NCBI GenBank assembly: GCA_017553505.1
Contig: JAFZLD010000027.1
Location: 33,119 to 97,118, forward strand
Source of the DNA: Lachnospiraceae bacterium
Lineage (GTDB): Bacteria; Bacillota; Clostridia; Lachnospirales; Lachnospiraceae
Direction: 5' to 3'
DNA length: 64,000 nucleotides
Shown here: piece after piece, positions 56,345-64,000 of the stretch
Position numbering within the stretch: position 1 is the first letter of the stretch
Layout of the letters: each line of letters opens with the position of its first letter
The notes under the pieces: generated by a model
What the model was told of the DNA's origin: nothing
The model's database searches: none
What the model saw: the letters and a program-made list of their open reading frames with translations, nothing else
Program-made: the position numbers and the translations under genes

Positions 56345-56382
56345 GAGCCGATTCAGCGTACACTGAATTGGCTCTTTCTTTT
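56345..56382 (+). terminator. intrinsic terminator inside the ~270-nt leader of the ABC-F gene (candidate attenuator)
   Basis: GAGCCGATTCAG-CGTACA-CTGAATTGGCTC (12 bp, one G-U) followed by TTTCTTTT; 38 nt upstream of the ATG at 56420. Confidence 0.7.
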
Positions 56383-56419
56383 GCCCGGGCAGAGGCCGCC
56401 ACGCAAAGGGGTGATATAT

Positions 56420-57979
56420 ATGTTACAGATTAAGAATTTAACAATTACGCATAAAAAGGACCTGCGGGTCATCCTTGACAATTTCAAACTGACCCTCAAC
56501 GCCGGCGACAAGGCGGTTATCATCGGCGAGGAAGGAAACGGCAAGTCGACTCTTATGAAGTGGATTGTGGATCCCGAGCTTGCCGACGAGTATGCCGAGT
56601 GTGAGGGCGAGCGCATCATCACGGGCGAAACGATAGGCTACCTCCCTCAGGAGCTTCCGGCAGCGGACGGCGAGCTGACATTATATGAGTATTTCGCAGC
56701 AAAAGAAGCCTTCCTGGAGCAGTCGCCACGTGACTTAAGCGCCATGGCAAGTGACTTTGGCGTGCCGGCTGATTTCTTTTACGGCGACCAGCTGATGAAA
56801 AGCCTGTCCGGCGGCGAGAAGATTAAGGCGGAGCTCATGAGAATTCTGATGGAGCGCCCGAGCGCGCTGCTACTCGACGAGCCCTCGAACGACATCGATA
56901 TCGATACGCTGAAATTGCTTGAGAAGCTGATAAACGGTTTCAAGGGAATCGTGCTTTTCATTTCCCACGACGAGACCCTCATCGAGAACACCGCCAATAT
57001 GGTGGTGCACTTAGAACTCGTGGAGCGTAAGCGCAAGTCGCGGTTTACGGTGATGCATCTTGCGTACCGCGAATATGTGGAGACGCGCCTTAAGAACCTT
57101 GAAAAGCAGGAGCAGGAAGCCGAGAACGACAGACGGCAAAAGAAAATCCGCGAAGACAAGTACAACAAACTCTACCAGAGCGTAACGAGCGCACTCGGCA
57201 ACGTATCCCGCCAGGCGCCGAGCGTAGGCAAGAACTTAAAAGATAAGATGCACACGGTCAAGGCCATGGGCAAGCGTTTTGAGAAAATGGACGAAGAAAT
57301 GACGGAGCGTCCCGACACCGAGGAAGCTATTTTCTTTAAACTCGGTGGCAAGGATGCGGCGATGCCGCAAGGCAAGACTGTTGTGGAATATTCGCTTGAT
57401 AAGCTTACGACGCCGGATGAGTCGCGCGTTCTTTCGCAGGATATCTTTATGAGGCTTCGCGGCCCCATGAAGGTGTGTATTGTGGGTGACAACGGCTGCG
57501 GCAAGACTACTCTTATTAAGAAGATGGCCGAGGAACTCATGGCGCGACCCGACATCCGCGTGCAGTACATGCCGCAGAATTACGAGGAAATGCTTAATAT
57601 GGATGAGACTCCGGTGGACTTTCTCGATAAGTCCGGCGACAAAGAGGAGCGTACCCGCATTCGCACATACCTAGGCGCCCTTAAGTACACTGCCGAGGAA
57701 ATGGACCATCCTATCCGAGCACTTTCCGGCGGACAGAAGGCTAAGGTGTTCCTTCTTAAGATGAGTCTGTCCGATGCCAACGTCCTGATACTCGATGAGC
57801 CCACGCGTAACTTTTCACCGCTGTCGGGTCCCGTAATCCGCGGAATTTTAAAGGACTTCCCGGGTGCAATCATCAGCATATCTCACGACAGAAAGTACAT
57901 AAGTGAAGTGTGCGACACAGTCTACGAGTTAACGGAATCGGGCCTCAAAGAGGTAGAGAAGTTTATTGCGAAAGATTAA
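56420..57979 (+). CDS. ABC-F family ATPase (two NBDs, no TMD); possible ARE-type ribosome-protection factor
   Basis: Start at MLQIKNLTITHKKD (ATG 56420, AAAGGGGTGA upstream), not the ORF-track 56276. NBD1 GEEGNGKSTLMKWI/LSGGEKIKAELMRIL; K/E-rich ~90-aa linker; NBD2 GDNGCGKTTLIKKM/LSGGQKAKVFLLKM. Confidence 0.88.
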   Translation: MLQIKNLTITHKKDLRVILDNFKLTLNAGDKAVIIGEEGNGKSTLMKWIVDPELADEYAECEGERIITGETIGYLPQELPAADGELTLYEYFAAKEAFLEQSPRDLSAMASDFGVPADFFYGDQLMKSLSGGEKIKAELMRILMERPSALLLDEPSNDIDIDTLKLLEKLINGFKGIVLFISHDETLIENTANMVVHLELVERKRKSRFTVMHLAYREYVETRLKNLEKQEQEAENDRRQKKIREDKYNKLYQSVTSALGNVSRQAPSVGKNLKDKMHTVKAMGKRFEKMDEEMTERPDTEEAIFFKLGGKDAAMPQGKTVVEYSLDKLTTPDESRVLSQDIFMRLRGPMKVCIVGDNGCGKTTLIKKMAEELMARPDIRVQYMPQNYEEMLNMDETPVDFLDKSGDKEERTRIRTYLGALKYTAEEMDHPIRALSGGQKAKVFLLKMSLSDANVLILDEPTRNFSPLSGPVIRGILKDFPGAIISISHDRKYISEVCDTVYELTESGLKEVEKFIAKD

Positions 57980-58068
57980 TAATATCTTCAGATTATCCTT
58001 TTGGTGACCTTAAATTCTTAAGGTCATACTATTCCTTGTACATTAAATGAGAGAGGAGACAAAAGGTT

Positions 58069-58851
58069 ATGGAGAAAGATTCTTTTGCACAAAATGTTAA
58101 GGAGCAGTACAAGAAGTCGAACAACTTAGAGACACGTATCTCGCTTCACGAGAAGTACTCCGTTGACAACGGGGGCTTTGACAGAATGATACTGTCCAGC
58201 TATGACTGGGCGCCCGGCGCTAAGGTTCTTGAAATCGGCTGCGGTACCGGCGATTTCTGGATAGGCCGTCAGGACTTAATCGACAAATGCTCCGAGCTTA
58301 TTCTTGCCGACTTTTCCGAGGGTATGGTGGAGACATCCCGCAGGAACTTAAGGGATATGCAGGGCATAGAATTTATGGTCTGCGACATTCAGGACCTTCC
58401 TTTCGAGGATGCTTCTTTTGACGTAGTAATTGCCAACATGATGTTATACCATGTGCCCGATTTGGAGCTTGCGCTTTCCGAGGTAAGACGCGTACTTAAG
58501 CCGGAAGGCACCTTCTATGCGGCTACATACGGCGAGAAGAACATCATGCCTTTTGTGCATGAACTTTTAAGAGAATATATAAAGGCGCCCAAGTTCAACC
58601 GTAACTTCATGCTTGAAAACGGTTGGGAGCCCCTTCGCAGGCACTTTAACGACGTACGCCTCAACAAATACAGCGACAAGCTCTTGATTACGGACATGAA
58701 CGACCTTGCCGACTACGTGCAGTCGCTTACGGGAACTTCCCAAATCAGCGGTGTCTCCCGCGAGACGATGATTAAAGTTTTCACCGACAACTGTGTGGAC
58801 GGCGTTCTTATTATTCCCAAGGAATATGGAATGTTCATAGGGAGGGCATAG
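58069..58851 (+). CDS. class I SAM-dependent methyltransferase
   Basis: VLEIGCGTGDFW motif I; VVIANMMLYHV. Confidence 0.85.
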   Translation: MEKDSFAQNVKEQYKKSNNLETRISLHEKYSVDNGGFDRMILSSYDWAPGAKVLEIGCGTGDFWIGRQDLIDKCSELILADFSEGMVETSRRNLRDMQGIEFMVCDIQDLPFEDASFDVVIANMMLYHVPDLELALSEVRRVLKPEGTFYAATYGEKNIMPFVHELLREYIKAPKFNRNFMLENGWEPLRRHFNDVRLNKYSDKLLITDMNDLADYVQSLTGTSQISGVSRETMIKVFTDNCVDGVLIIPKEYGMFIGRA

Positions 58852-58852
58852 C

Positions 58853-59449
58853 ATGTATCCTACCAAAGAAGCGGCGCTCACCCTGCTCAAAGAAGCCGTA
58901 ACTCACAACCCGGGTCCCTGGGAAGCCCACAGTTTATGCGTGGCTCACTGCGCCGAGGCCATTGCCGCGCGCTCGGGTCTTAATGCCGACAAAGCCTACG
59001 TTTTAGGTCTTCTTCACGACATAGGAAGGCGTTTCGGAGTATTCCACTTAAGACATGTGTATGAAGGGTACAAATATATGACGTTATTAGGATACGACGA
59101 AGTGGCTAAGATTTGTCTTACGCATTCTTTTGCCGAGGGACACGGTATCGATGATTATGTAGGAAACCGCGACCTTGACGAAGACGAAACGGCGGACCTT
59201 CTTAACAAGCTTTCCGAAGTCAAGTTCGACGATTATGACAAGCTCATCCACCTCTGCGACGCCTGTGGTACAGCTATCGGGGTTGCGCACCTCGAGGATC
59301 GAATGGGCGATGTGAAGGCTCGCTACGGCGATTATCCGGTTGCCAAGTGGAACTACAACTTTGAGCTCAAAGGCTACTTCGAAATGAAGATGGGCATGGA
59401 TTTATATGAAGCGGTAGACATGGACACCTACCGGCCGGCATACAGCTAA
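58853..59449 (+). CDS. HD-domain phosphohydrolase
   Basis: LGLLHDIGR (HD motif), upstream His in HSLCVAHCAE. Confidence 0.8.
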   Translation: MYPTKEAALTLLKEAVTHNPGPWEAHSLCVAHCAEAIAARSGLNADKAYVLGLLHDIGRRFGVFHLRHVYEGYKYMTLLGYDEVAKICLTHSFAEGHGIDDYVGNRDLDEDETADLLNKLSEVKFDDYDKLIHLCDACGTAIGVAHLEDRMGDVKARYGDYPVAKWNYNFELKGYFEMKMGMDLYEAVDMDTYRPAYS

Positions 59450-59453
59450 AAAC

Positions 59454-59484
59454 AAGGCGGAAGCTTAAGTGCTTCCGCCTTTAT
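59454..59484. terminator. bidirectional intrinsic terminator between convergent genes
   Basis: AAGGCGGAAGC-TTAAGT-GCTTCCGCCTT flanked by an A-run on the left and TTATT on the right. Confidence 0.8.
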
Positions 59485-59491
59485 TGTGCCG

Positions 59492-60556
59492 CTATTTAAG
59501 CAGACTTATAAGTCTTTTCTTTTCCTCCTCGAGTGCATCCACATCGGCGCCTTCGGTTAAGTTCCACTCATTCTTTAAAAATTCAATCTGGCGATTAACG
59601 TATTCGATAGCATCCTCGTACTTGTTAAGAATCTCGTATATCTGGGCTTGTGCCTCAAGATGGTCTGCACAACCATGATTCAGGTGGCCTGTGTTGTATA
59701 TTTCTTCGGCTTTTTTGTATCTTTTAAGCGCTTCTTCATACATTGCGTTCATGGCATATATACTTGCAATTTCGAACACGGCATAGTAATCATTGTCGTT
59801 TGATTTCTCATATTCGGACACGATTTTCCAAGCATCATCGGCACGATATTCGGCAAAAGCAATATGCGCCTCATATACCGGAACCAAAATGGCTTTGTGC
59901 TCAGCCAATGTCTTGTACTTTGATAGATACTCAGACGCTTCTTTGGTGCGGTGGTCCGCGATTAGATTGTCCATAAGGAACAGGTAGTTAATACCTATCT
60001 CCGGATTCTTTTCAACGAGCCCCCTGTAAAACTCGATGGTACTGCCGTGCTGCCTTGCATTCCAGTCCCAGACTGTGGCACCTTCACTCTTTACAAGGAG
60101 CCACTGATCTTCTTTGGCCTCGGGATGACGAGTCATGGCCTTTCTCGCATAGAGGCTAACGTACCTGCTGTCGCTCACCATTCTGTGGTGGTAAAGATGC
60201 GCAAGAAACGACTCAATGCGCCCGTCCGGCCTCGCAGGATTGCTTTCGTCATATGAATCCTTTATCTGCAAAAGAAACTCTTTCGTAGTCTTAAACTGCT
60301 CATCCGTAAGTTCTTTTTCGTAATCGAGCATGTTCTCGATTCTGTTAAGCTTCCGGTCGGTGGAAAGATCGAAAAGCTCATCAACCGTTACGCCGAAAAA
60401 CTCCGATATCGCCGGAAGCAGCGAAATGTCCGGGGCGCACACGTTATTTTCCCACTTGGACACAGACTGACTGCTTACTCCCAGCGCATCCGCCAGAATC
60501 TCCTGCGTGGTGCTTGACTGTAATCTGAGTGCTTTAATTTTATTACCTATATTCAT
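59492..60556 (-). CDS. XRE-family HTH regulator with large helical-repeat (TPR-like) C-terminal domain
   Basis: 354 aa; HTH LRLQSSTTQEILADALGVSSQSVSKWENNVCAPDISLL; the C-terminus has recurring Y/A/E-rich helical pairs (AEHKAILVPVYEAHIAFAEY, IASIYAMNAMYEEALKRYKKAEEIY). Confidence 0.8.
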   Translation of the reverse strand: MNIGNKIKALRLQSSTTQEILADALGVSSQSVSKWENNVCAPDISLLPAISEFFGVTVDELFDLSTDRKLNRIENMLDYEKELTDEQFKTTKEFLLQIKDSYDESNPARPDGRIESFLAHLYHHRMVSDSRYVSLYARKAMTRHPEAKEDQWLLVKSEGATVWDWNARQHGSTIEFYRGLVEKNPEIGINYLFLMDNLIADHRTKEASEYLSKYKTLAEHKAILVPVYEAHIAFAEYRADDAWKIVSEYEKSNDNDYYAVFEIASIYAMNAMYEEALKRYKKAEEIYNTGHLNHGCADHLEAQAQIYEILNKYEDAIEYVNRQIEFLKNEWNLTEGADVDALEEEKKRLISLLK

Positions 60557-60689
60557 TGCGATTCTCCTTTGAATTTGAAGAAACGAAGCTTCATTTCGTT
60601 ACTGACAAACTCATTGTATAGGATAAACTTCATCCCCGCAATGACGCAGGTTTACAGGGTGTACAACCGGAGGTTGAAGGCTTGGGTAT

Positions 60690-61415
60690 CTATTGCTTTT
60701 TGAAAAGCAGGTGATGGAAGAATGCTACTTGCTTAAATGCATCAATGGTGCTTGCCTTCAGCTCAAGTTCCAACATGGATTTGTACCATTCATCTGTAAA
60801 TTTAACTTCGTTGTTGGAAGAAAGCCCATAGAATGCCCGCATGCCGTAAGTGTCTATGTGTGCCATTTTAGGTACGAGGGTGGTAACGAGGTAGGTATCG
60901 TCGTAAACATTTCTTTGGCCAAACATGCTGTCCTCGGTGTTGTCGGGCTCCAGCACATCCAGCGCAGCTTTTGGATTATCGTTCAATATTGCATAAGCGA
61001 AAACTTTACCGTAATCATTGTGCTTCACAATCGACAAAAGCCCGCCGTGTCTGAGTACTCTTGCGAGCTCCTTCAAATAGGCGTCTGTGTCATCAACGTA
61101 TTCAAGCACATTGTGGCAGATTACCACGTCATAACTGTTATCCGCAACGCTTCTTAAGTATTCGATTCCCTGAGTTACCAAAGTATACTCGTTATTCTTA
61201 ACGCGCAACTCATACATTTCACTATTAGGCTCCACCGCAGTAACATCATGCCACTTAGCATAATGATCCGCCGTCAGACAGAAGCCCGCCCCAAAATCCA
61301 GAATTCGCAAACTCTTATCGTTATCTATAGGAAGCTGCTCCCACACCAAATCATAAAACATCCTTCCCCACGGCTGCTCCACAACATTCCTGTAATTCCT
61401 GATTGCATCAGACAT
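60690..61415 (-). CDS. class I SAM-dependent methyltransferase
   Basis: ILDFGAGFCLTADHYA motif I; VVICHNVLEYV. Confidence 0.85.
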   Translation of the reverse strand: MSDAIRNYRNVVEQPWGRMFYDLVWEQLPIDNDKSLRILDFGAGFCLTADHYAKWHDVTAVEPNSEMYELRVKNNEYTLVTQGIEYLRSVADNSYDVVICHNVLEYVDDTDAYLKELARVLRHGGLLSIVKHNDYGKVFAYAILNDNPKAALDVLEPDNTEDSMFGQRNVYDDTYLVTTLVPKMAHIDTYGMRAFYGLSSNNEVKFTDEWYKSMLELELKASTIDAFKQVAFFHHLLFKKQ

Positions 61416-61552
61416 TTTTGCTGCTCCTTTCTTTTTCTAAATTGTCTTTGTTATCGTAGCATGCCTTGCCGGCGACAAATGTTGCGTAATAGTTAAGATT
61501 TCTTTACATTTGGGCCCGATTTTTGGCGCACCTTAAGCACCGGGGGTGAAAT

Positions 61553-61781
61553 TTATCTCAATATGAAAAAAGATGTAAATTGGGATAAAAAACCCACCCA
61601 CGGCGCTGAGTTATGCAAACCTATTATCCCAATACGAAAAAATTATCAAATTGGGATAAAAAAACCGCGAAAACTTATCCCAGTTTTGCATTTTTTTCAT
61701 ATTGGGATAACCCTCGCAATTACTTGCGAAAGGAGTGCCCGATATTTATCCCAATTCGGGGAAAATTTCATATTGGGATAA
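61553..61781. repeat. four 36-bp palindromic sites TTATC(C/T)CA(A/G)T-N16-ATTGGGATAA
   Basis: Sites at 61553-61588, 61624-61659, 61675-61710 and 61746-61781. Start-to-start spacing is 71/51/71 bp. The right arm is identical in all four; the left arm is perfect in two and has 1 mismatch in two. Confidence 0.85.
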
Positions 61782-62117
61782 ATCGTGCGTAAACAGGGGC
61801 TACGGAGCGTCTGTCCGGCCGCTACGTGAGACGGAAGCGGGAGAGGGTTTTTATGAAAGCCTTTTGCCCGAGCCACCCCGCGCTCGGGAAGCCAAAGAAA
61901 TAATACTTGACATAATACTCATTTAGGTATACTATTCTATAAAACTACATAGTAGCACATTAAACCGGCTTAAGTTTCACGGAGGGTGCATTTAGGGGCA
62001 GTTTATTTGCGACTTTAACGGGTACGAAAAGCCGGAGCGTGCGCTATAATTAGTTCATAAGTCAGGACGACACAAACACACCTAAAATAAAAAGTTACCT
62101 ATAAAGGAGGATTTAAC

Positions 62118-62609
62118 ATGGGATTATTAGATGATTTAACCAAGACAATTACCAAGGGCGGCGCTGCAGTTGCCGAGAAAGCCAGAGAGGTTTCGGAAAT
62201 CGCTTCCGCTACCGCTACAATGGAGAAAGAAAAACTTGCACTTGAGAAGCTTTACAACGAGCTTGGCAAGAAGATGTACGAGAACTACAAGGAAGAGCTT
62301 ATCGCCAAGGTTCCCGAGCTTGTAGAGAAGATTGATGCAAGCGTTAACAAGATTGAAGAAGCTAAGATTAATATCAATGAAAGAAAAGGAAACCGCACTT
62401 GCCCCTCTTGCGGTAAGGAACTTGTAAAGAACAGTTCCTTTTGTCCCTCGTGCGGAAGAAAAGTCACCAGAGCGAACGCAGCATTCTGCCCCGCATGCGG
62501 CAAAGAGGTTTCTAAGAGCAGCGCATTTTGCCCTGCTTGCGGCGCCAGCCTTCCTAAAGCCGAACAGCCGAAAGAAGAAGCAGGCGAAAACCCCTACGGC
62601 GAAGCATAA
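62118..62609 (+). CDS. zinc-ribbon domain protein with N-terminal coiled coil
   Basis: Four CPxCG knuckles (CPSCGKEL, CPSCGRKV, CPACGKEV, CPACGASL); AAGGAGG upstream. Confidence 0.75.
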   Translation: MGLLDDLTKTITKGGAAVAEKAREVSEIASATATMEKEKLALEKLYNELGKKMYENYKEELIAKVPELVEKIDASVNKIEEAKININERKGNRTCPSCGKELVKNSSFCPSCGRKVTRANAAFCPACGKEVSKSSAFCPACGASLPKAEQPKEEAGENPYGEA

Positions 62610-62676
62610 AGAAGAGCAAAAAAATGTTGATTAGCACCGGCTAATCAATAGATTTATCCACATAAGAATGTTACAA

Positions 62677-62714
62677 TAAAGTTGTCGTATTACGTACGGC
62701 AACTTTATTTTTTT
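62677..62714 (+). terminator. intrinsic terminator after the zinc-ribbon gene
   Basis: ATAAAGTTGTCG-N9-CGGCAACTTTAT followed by TTTTTT. Confidence 0.8.
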
Positions 62715-62724
62715 GAGTGGGAAC

Positions 62725-62859
62725 GAGCCAATTAGTGACGAGCCAATCAACGATAGGGCATGTGGCAAAGAGCCAATCAACGATAGGGCACGCACCAACG
62801 AGCCAATTAACGACACATCATGCACCGGCGCACCAATCACCACCGCGCCCGCGCAGGCA
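62725..62859 (+). repeat. tandem 30-bp repeat (about 4.5 copies, decaying 5' to 3') upstream of folA
   Basis: GAGCCAATCAACGATAGGGCA is identical at 62740 and 62770. Related copies occur at 62725 (half), 62800 and 62830. The period is exactly 30. Confidence 0.8.
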
Positions 62860-62962
62860 GACATGTGGCACCGGCCTACAAACAATCTTGGATTGCATTA
62901 CTAAGCAATCCGACGATCACGCCGCCACGTACGACAACACAAGGAGTTATGGAGACTGACAC

Positions 62963-63481
62963 ATGATAGGACTGATAGTAGCGTACACGAAGAACCGTGT
63001 AATAGGTAATAAAGGTCAAATTCCCTGGAGGATCAAGGGCGAGCAGCGACGCTTTAAAGAGCTCACTACGGGCAACGTCGTGATAATGGGAAGGCGTTCT
63101 TATGACGAGATCGGACGCCCGCTTCCCAACAGATTTACCATCGTGGTATCCAAGACGGCTCATTACGAGGCGGAGAATTGCGTGACGATGCCGAGCCTCA
63201 GCGAGGCGATAGCGTATGCGGAGGAGAATCGTCCGGGAGAGAATATTTATCTCTCAGGCGGTGCCGGCATATACAAAGAAGGCCTGCCGCTTGCCGACAA
63301 ACTTTTTATAACCGAGATTGACCTTGAAATCGAGGGCGACACGCTCTTCCCCGAATTCGACAAGTCCCTTTATACGAGGACTGTGGACGAAGAGGTGGAC
63401 GGCGAGATCCCTTATAAATACGTAACTTACACTAAGAAGCCCGCCAAGGCGGCGCGTAAAAACTGCAGTACTAAGAAATAG
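62963..63481 (+). CDS. folA: dihydrofolate reductase with short Lys-rich C-terminal tail
   Basis: MIGLIVAYTKNRVIGNKGQIPWRIKGEQRRFKELT, VIMGRRSYDEIGRPLPNR. Confidence 0.9.
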   Translation: MIGLIVAYTKNRVIGNKGQIPWRIKGEQRRFKELTTGNVVIMGRRSYDEIGRPLPNRFTIVVSKTAHYEAENCVTMPSLSEAIAYAEENRPGENIYLSGGAGIYKEGLPLADKLFITEIDLEIEGDTLFPEFDKSLYTRTVDEEVDGEIPYKYVTYTKKPAKAARKNCSTKK

Positions 63482-63491
63482 GAGCAACATC

Positions 63492-63995
63492 ATGAACAAT
63501 GAACTGACCCGCAAAGACATAGAAGATATGGAAGCCGAGATTGAATACAGAAAGTGTGTGGTACGTCCCGAGCTTTTGGAGCATGTCAAAGAGGCACGTT
63601 CTTTGGGCGATTTAAGCGAGAACTTTGAATACTATGCGGCCAAGAAAGAAAAAAACAAGAACGAAAGCCGCATCAGATACCTTGAAAGAATGATCAGAAC
63701 CGCTCAGGTCGTAGACGATGAGTCTGGCGACGACGAAGTGGGTATTAACAAGACTATTACCGTCTATGTCGAAGAAGACGACGTAGAAGAAGTATATAAG
63801 ATTGTCACTACCGTGAGAGAGGACTCCCTCCACGGCCTGGTAAGTAACGAATCCCCTATGGGGAAGGCGCTTATGGGCCACAAGGTAGGCGACAGGGTTG
63901 AAATCAGCGTAAGTAAGGACTATTCCTACTTCGTAACCATCAGAAAGATTGACAATTCCACTATAGATGAAGCAGGGGAGCTTAGGAATTTTTAA
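63492..63995 (+). CDS. greA: transcription elongation factor GreA
   Basis: LGDLSENFEYYAAKKE acidic tip motif; C-terminal FKBP-like domain SPMGKALMGHKVGDRVEI. Confidence 0.9.
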   Translation: MNNELTRKDIEDMEAEIEYRKCVVRPELLEHVKEARSLGDLSENFEYYAAKKEKNKNESRIRYLERMIRTAQVVDDESGDDEVGINKTITVYVEEDDVEEVYKIVTTVREDSLHGLVSNESPMGKALMGHKVGDRVEISVSKDYSYFVTIRKIDNSTIDEAGELRNF

Positions 63996-64000
63996 TGGAA

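Noticed and set aside
61563-61781. 72-aa + strand ORF and short minus-strand ORFs beginning MK..NWDK inside the palindrome array
   Set aside because: The recurring ATG-AAA and TGG-GAT-AA codons are simply the repeat sequence read in frame. No Shine-Dalgarno sequence precedes any of them.
62626-62647. Palindrome TTGATTAGC-ACCG-GCTAATCAA just after the zinc-ribbon gene, superficially similar to the TetR operator half-site GCTAAT
   Set aside because: It shares only a 6-nt core with the 37523 operators, with different spacing and flanks, and it lies in a 3' UTR. The similarity is likely coincidental.
62654-62662. Perfect DnaA box TTATCCACA
   Set aside because: It is a single isolated 9-mer. One occurrence in 64 kb on two strands is about what chance predicts, and there is no cluster, AT-rich unwinding element or dnaA/dnaN nearby.
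62631-62904. ORFs on both strands with repeated peptides (SLIGS..., EPINDRA...)
   Set aside because: They are generated by the 30-bp tandem repeat. The + strand ORF would start with TTG inside the terminator U-tract, and there is no RBS.

Overview
This window looks like a chromosomal segment of a Firmicute with Clostridia-like gene order; I cannot prove the taxon without a database search. Bases 1-13.5 kb hold the conserved distal part of the ribosomal-protein superoperon (rplF-rplR-rpsE-rpmD-rplO-secY-adk-map-infA-rpmJ-rpsM-rpsK-rpsD-rpoA-rplQ), the ECF transporter energizing module (ecfA1-ecfA2-ecfT), truA and rplM-rpsI. The remaining ~50 kb is an accessory metabolic and regulatory region, almost all on the + strand. 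It contains a LysR gene followed by a 10-gene operon: a polar amino-acid ABC importer, two URO-D-family proteins, Gfo/Idh/MocA and SDR oxidoreductases, and two PLP C-S lyases. After that come serine dehydratase, two large GT-C-like membrane proteins, asparaginase, an XRE-PRTase fusion, HAD/MBL/methyltransferase genes, a TetR unit, an island with 7 GNAT domains, a GNAT-RsgA fusion, RNHCP, TrmH, an ABC exporter, a DUF2975/XRE/secreted triad, DegV, an ABC-F ATPase, folA and greA. I recognised no rRNA, tRNA, CRISPR array, transposase, integrase or phage gene. The best leads are: (1) a 36-codon upstream ORF in which 11 of the first 19 codons are Met/Cys, followed by an intrinsic terminator, directly in front of the ABC/URO-D/C-S-lyase operon, which makes it a candidate leader-peptide attenuator for an undescribed sulfur-compound salvage pathway; (2) a ~450-nt array of seven covarying hairpins in a convergent intergenic region; (3) four 36-bp palindromes (TTATCCCAAT-N16-ATTGGGATAA) with regular 71/51/71 spacing; (4) domain fusions (GNAT-RsgA, XRE-PRTase) and an ABC-F gene with a terminator-containing leader. 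All functional calls rest on motifs read by eye from the translations; no searches were run.
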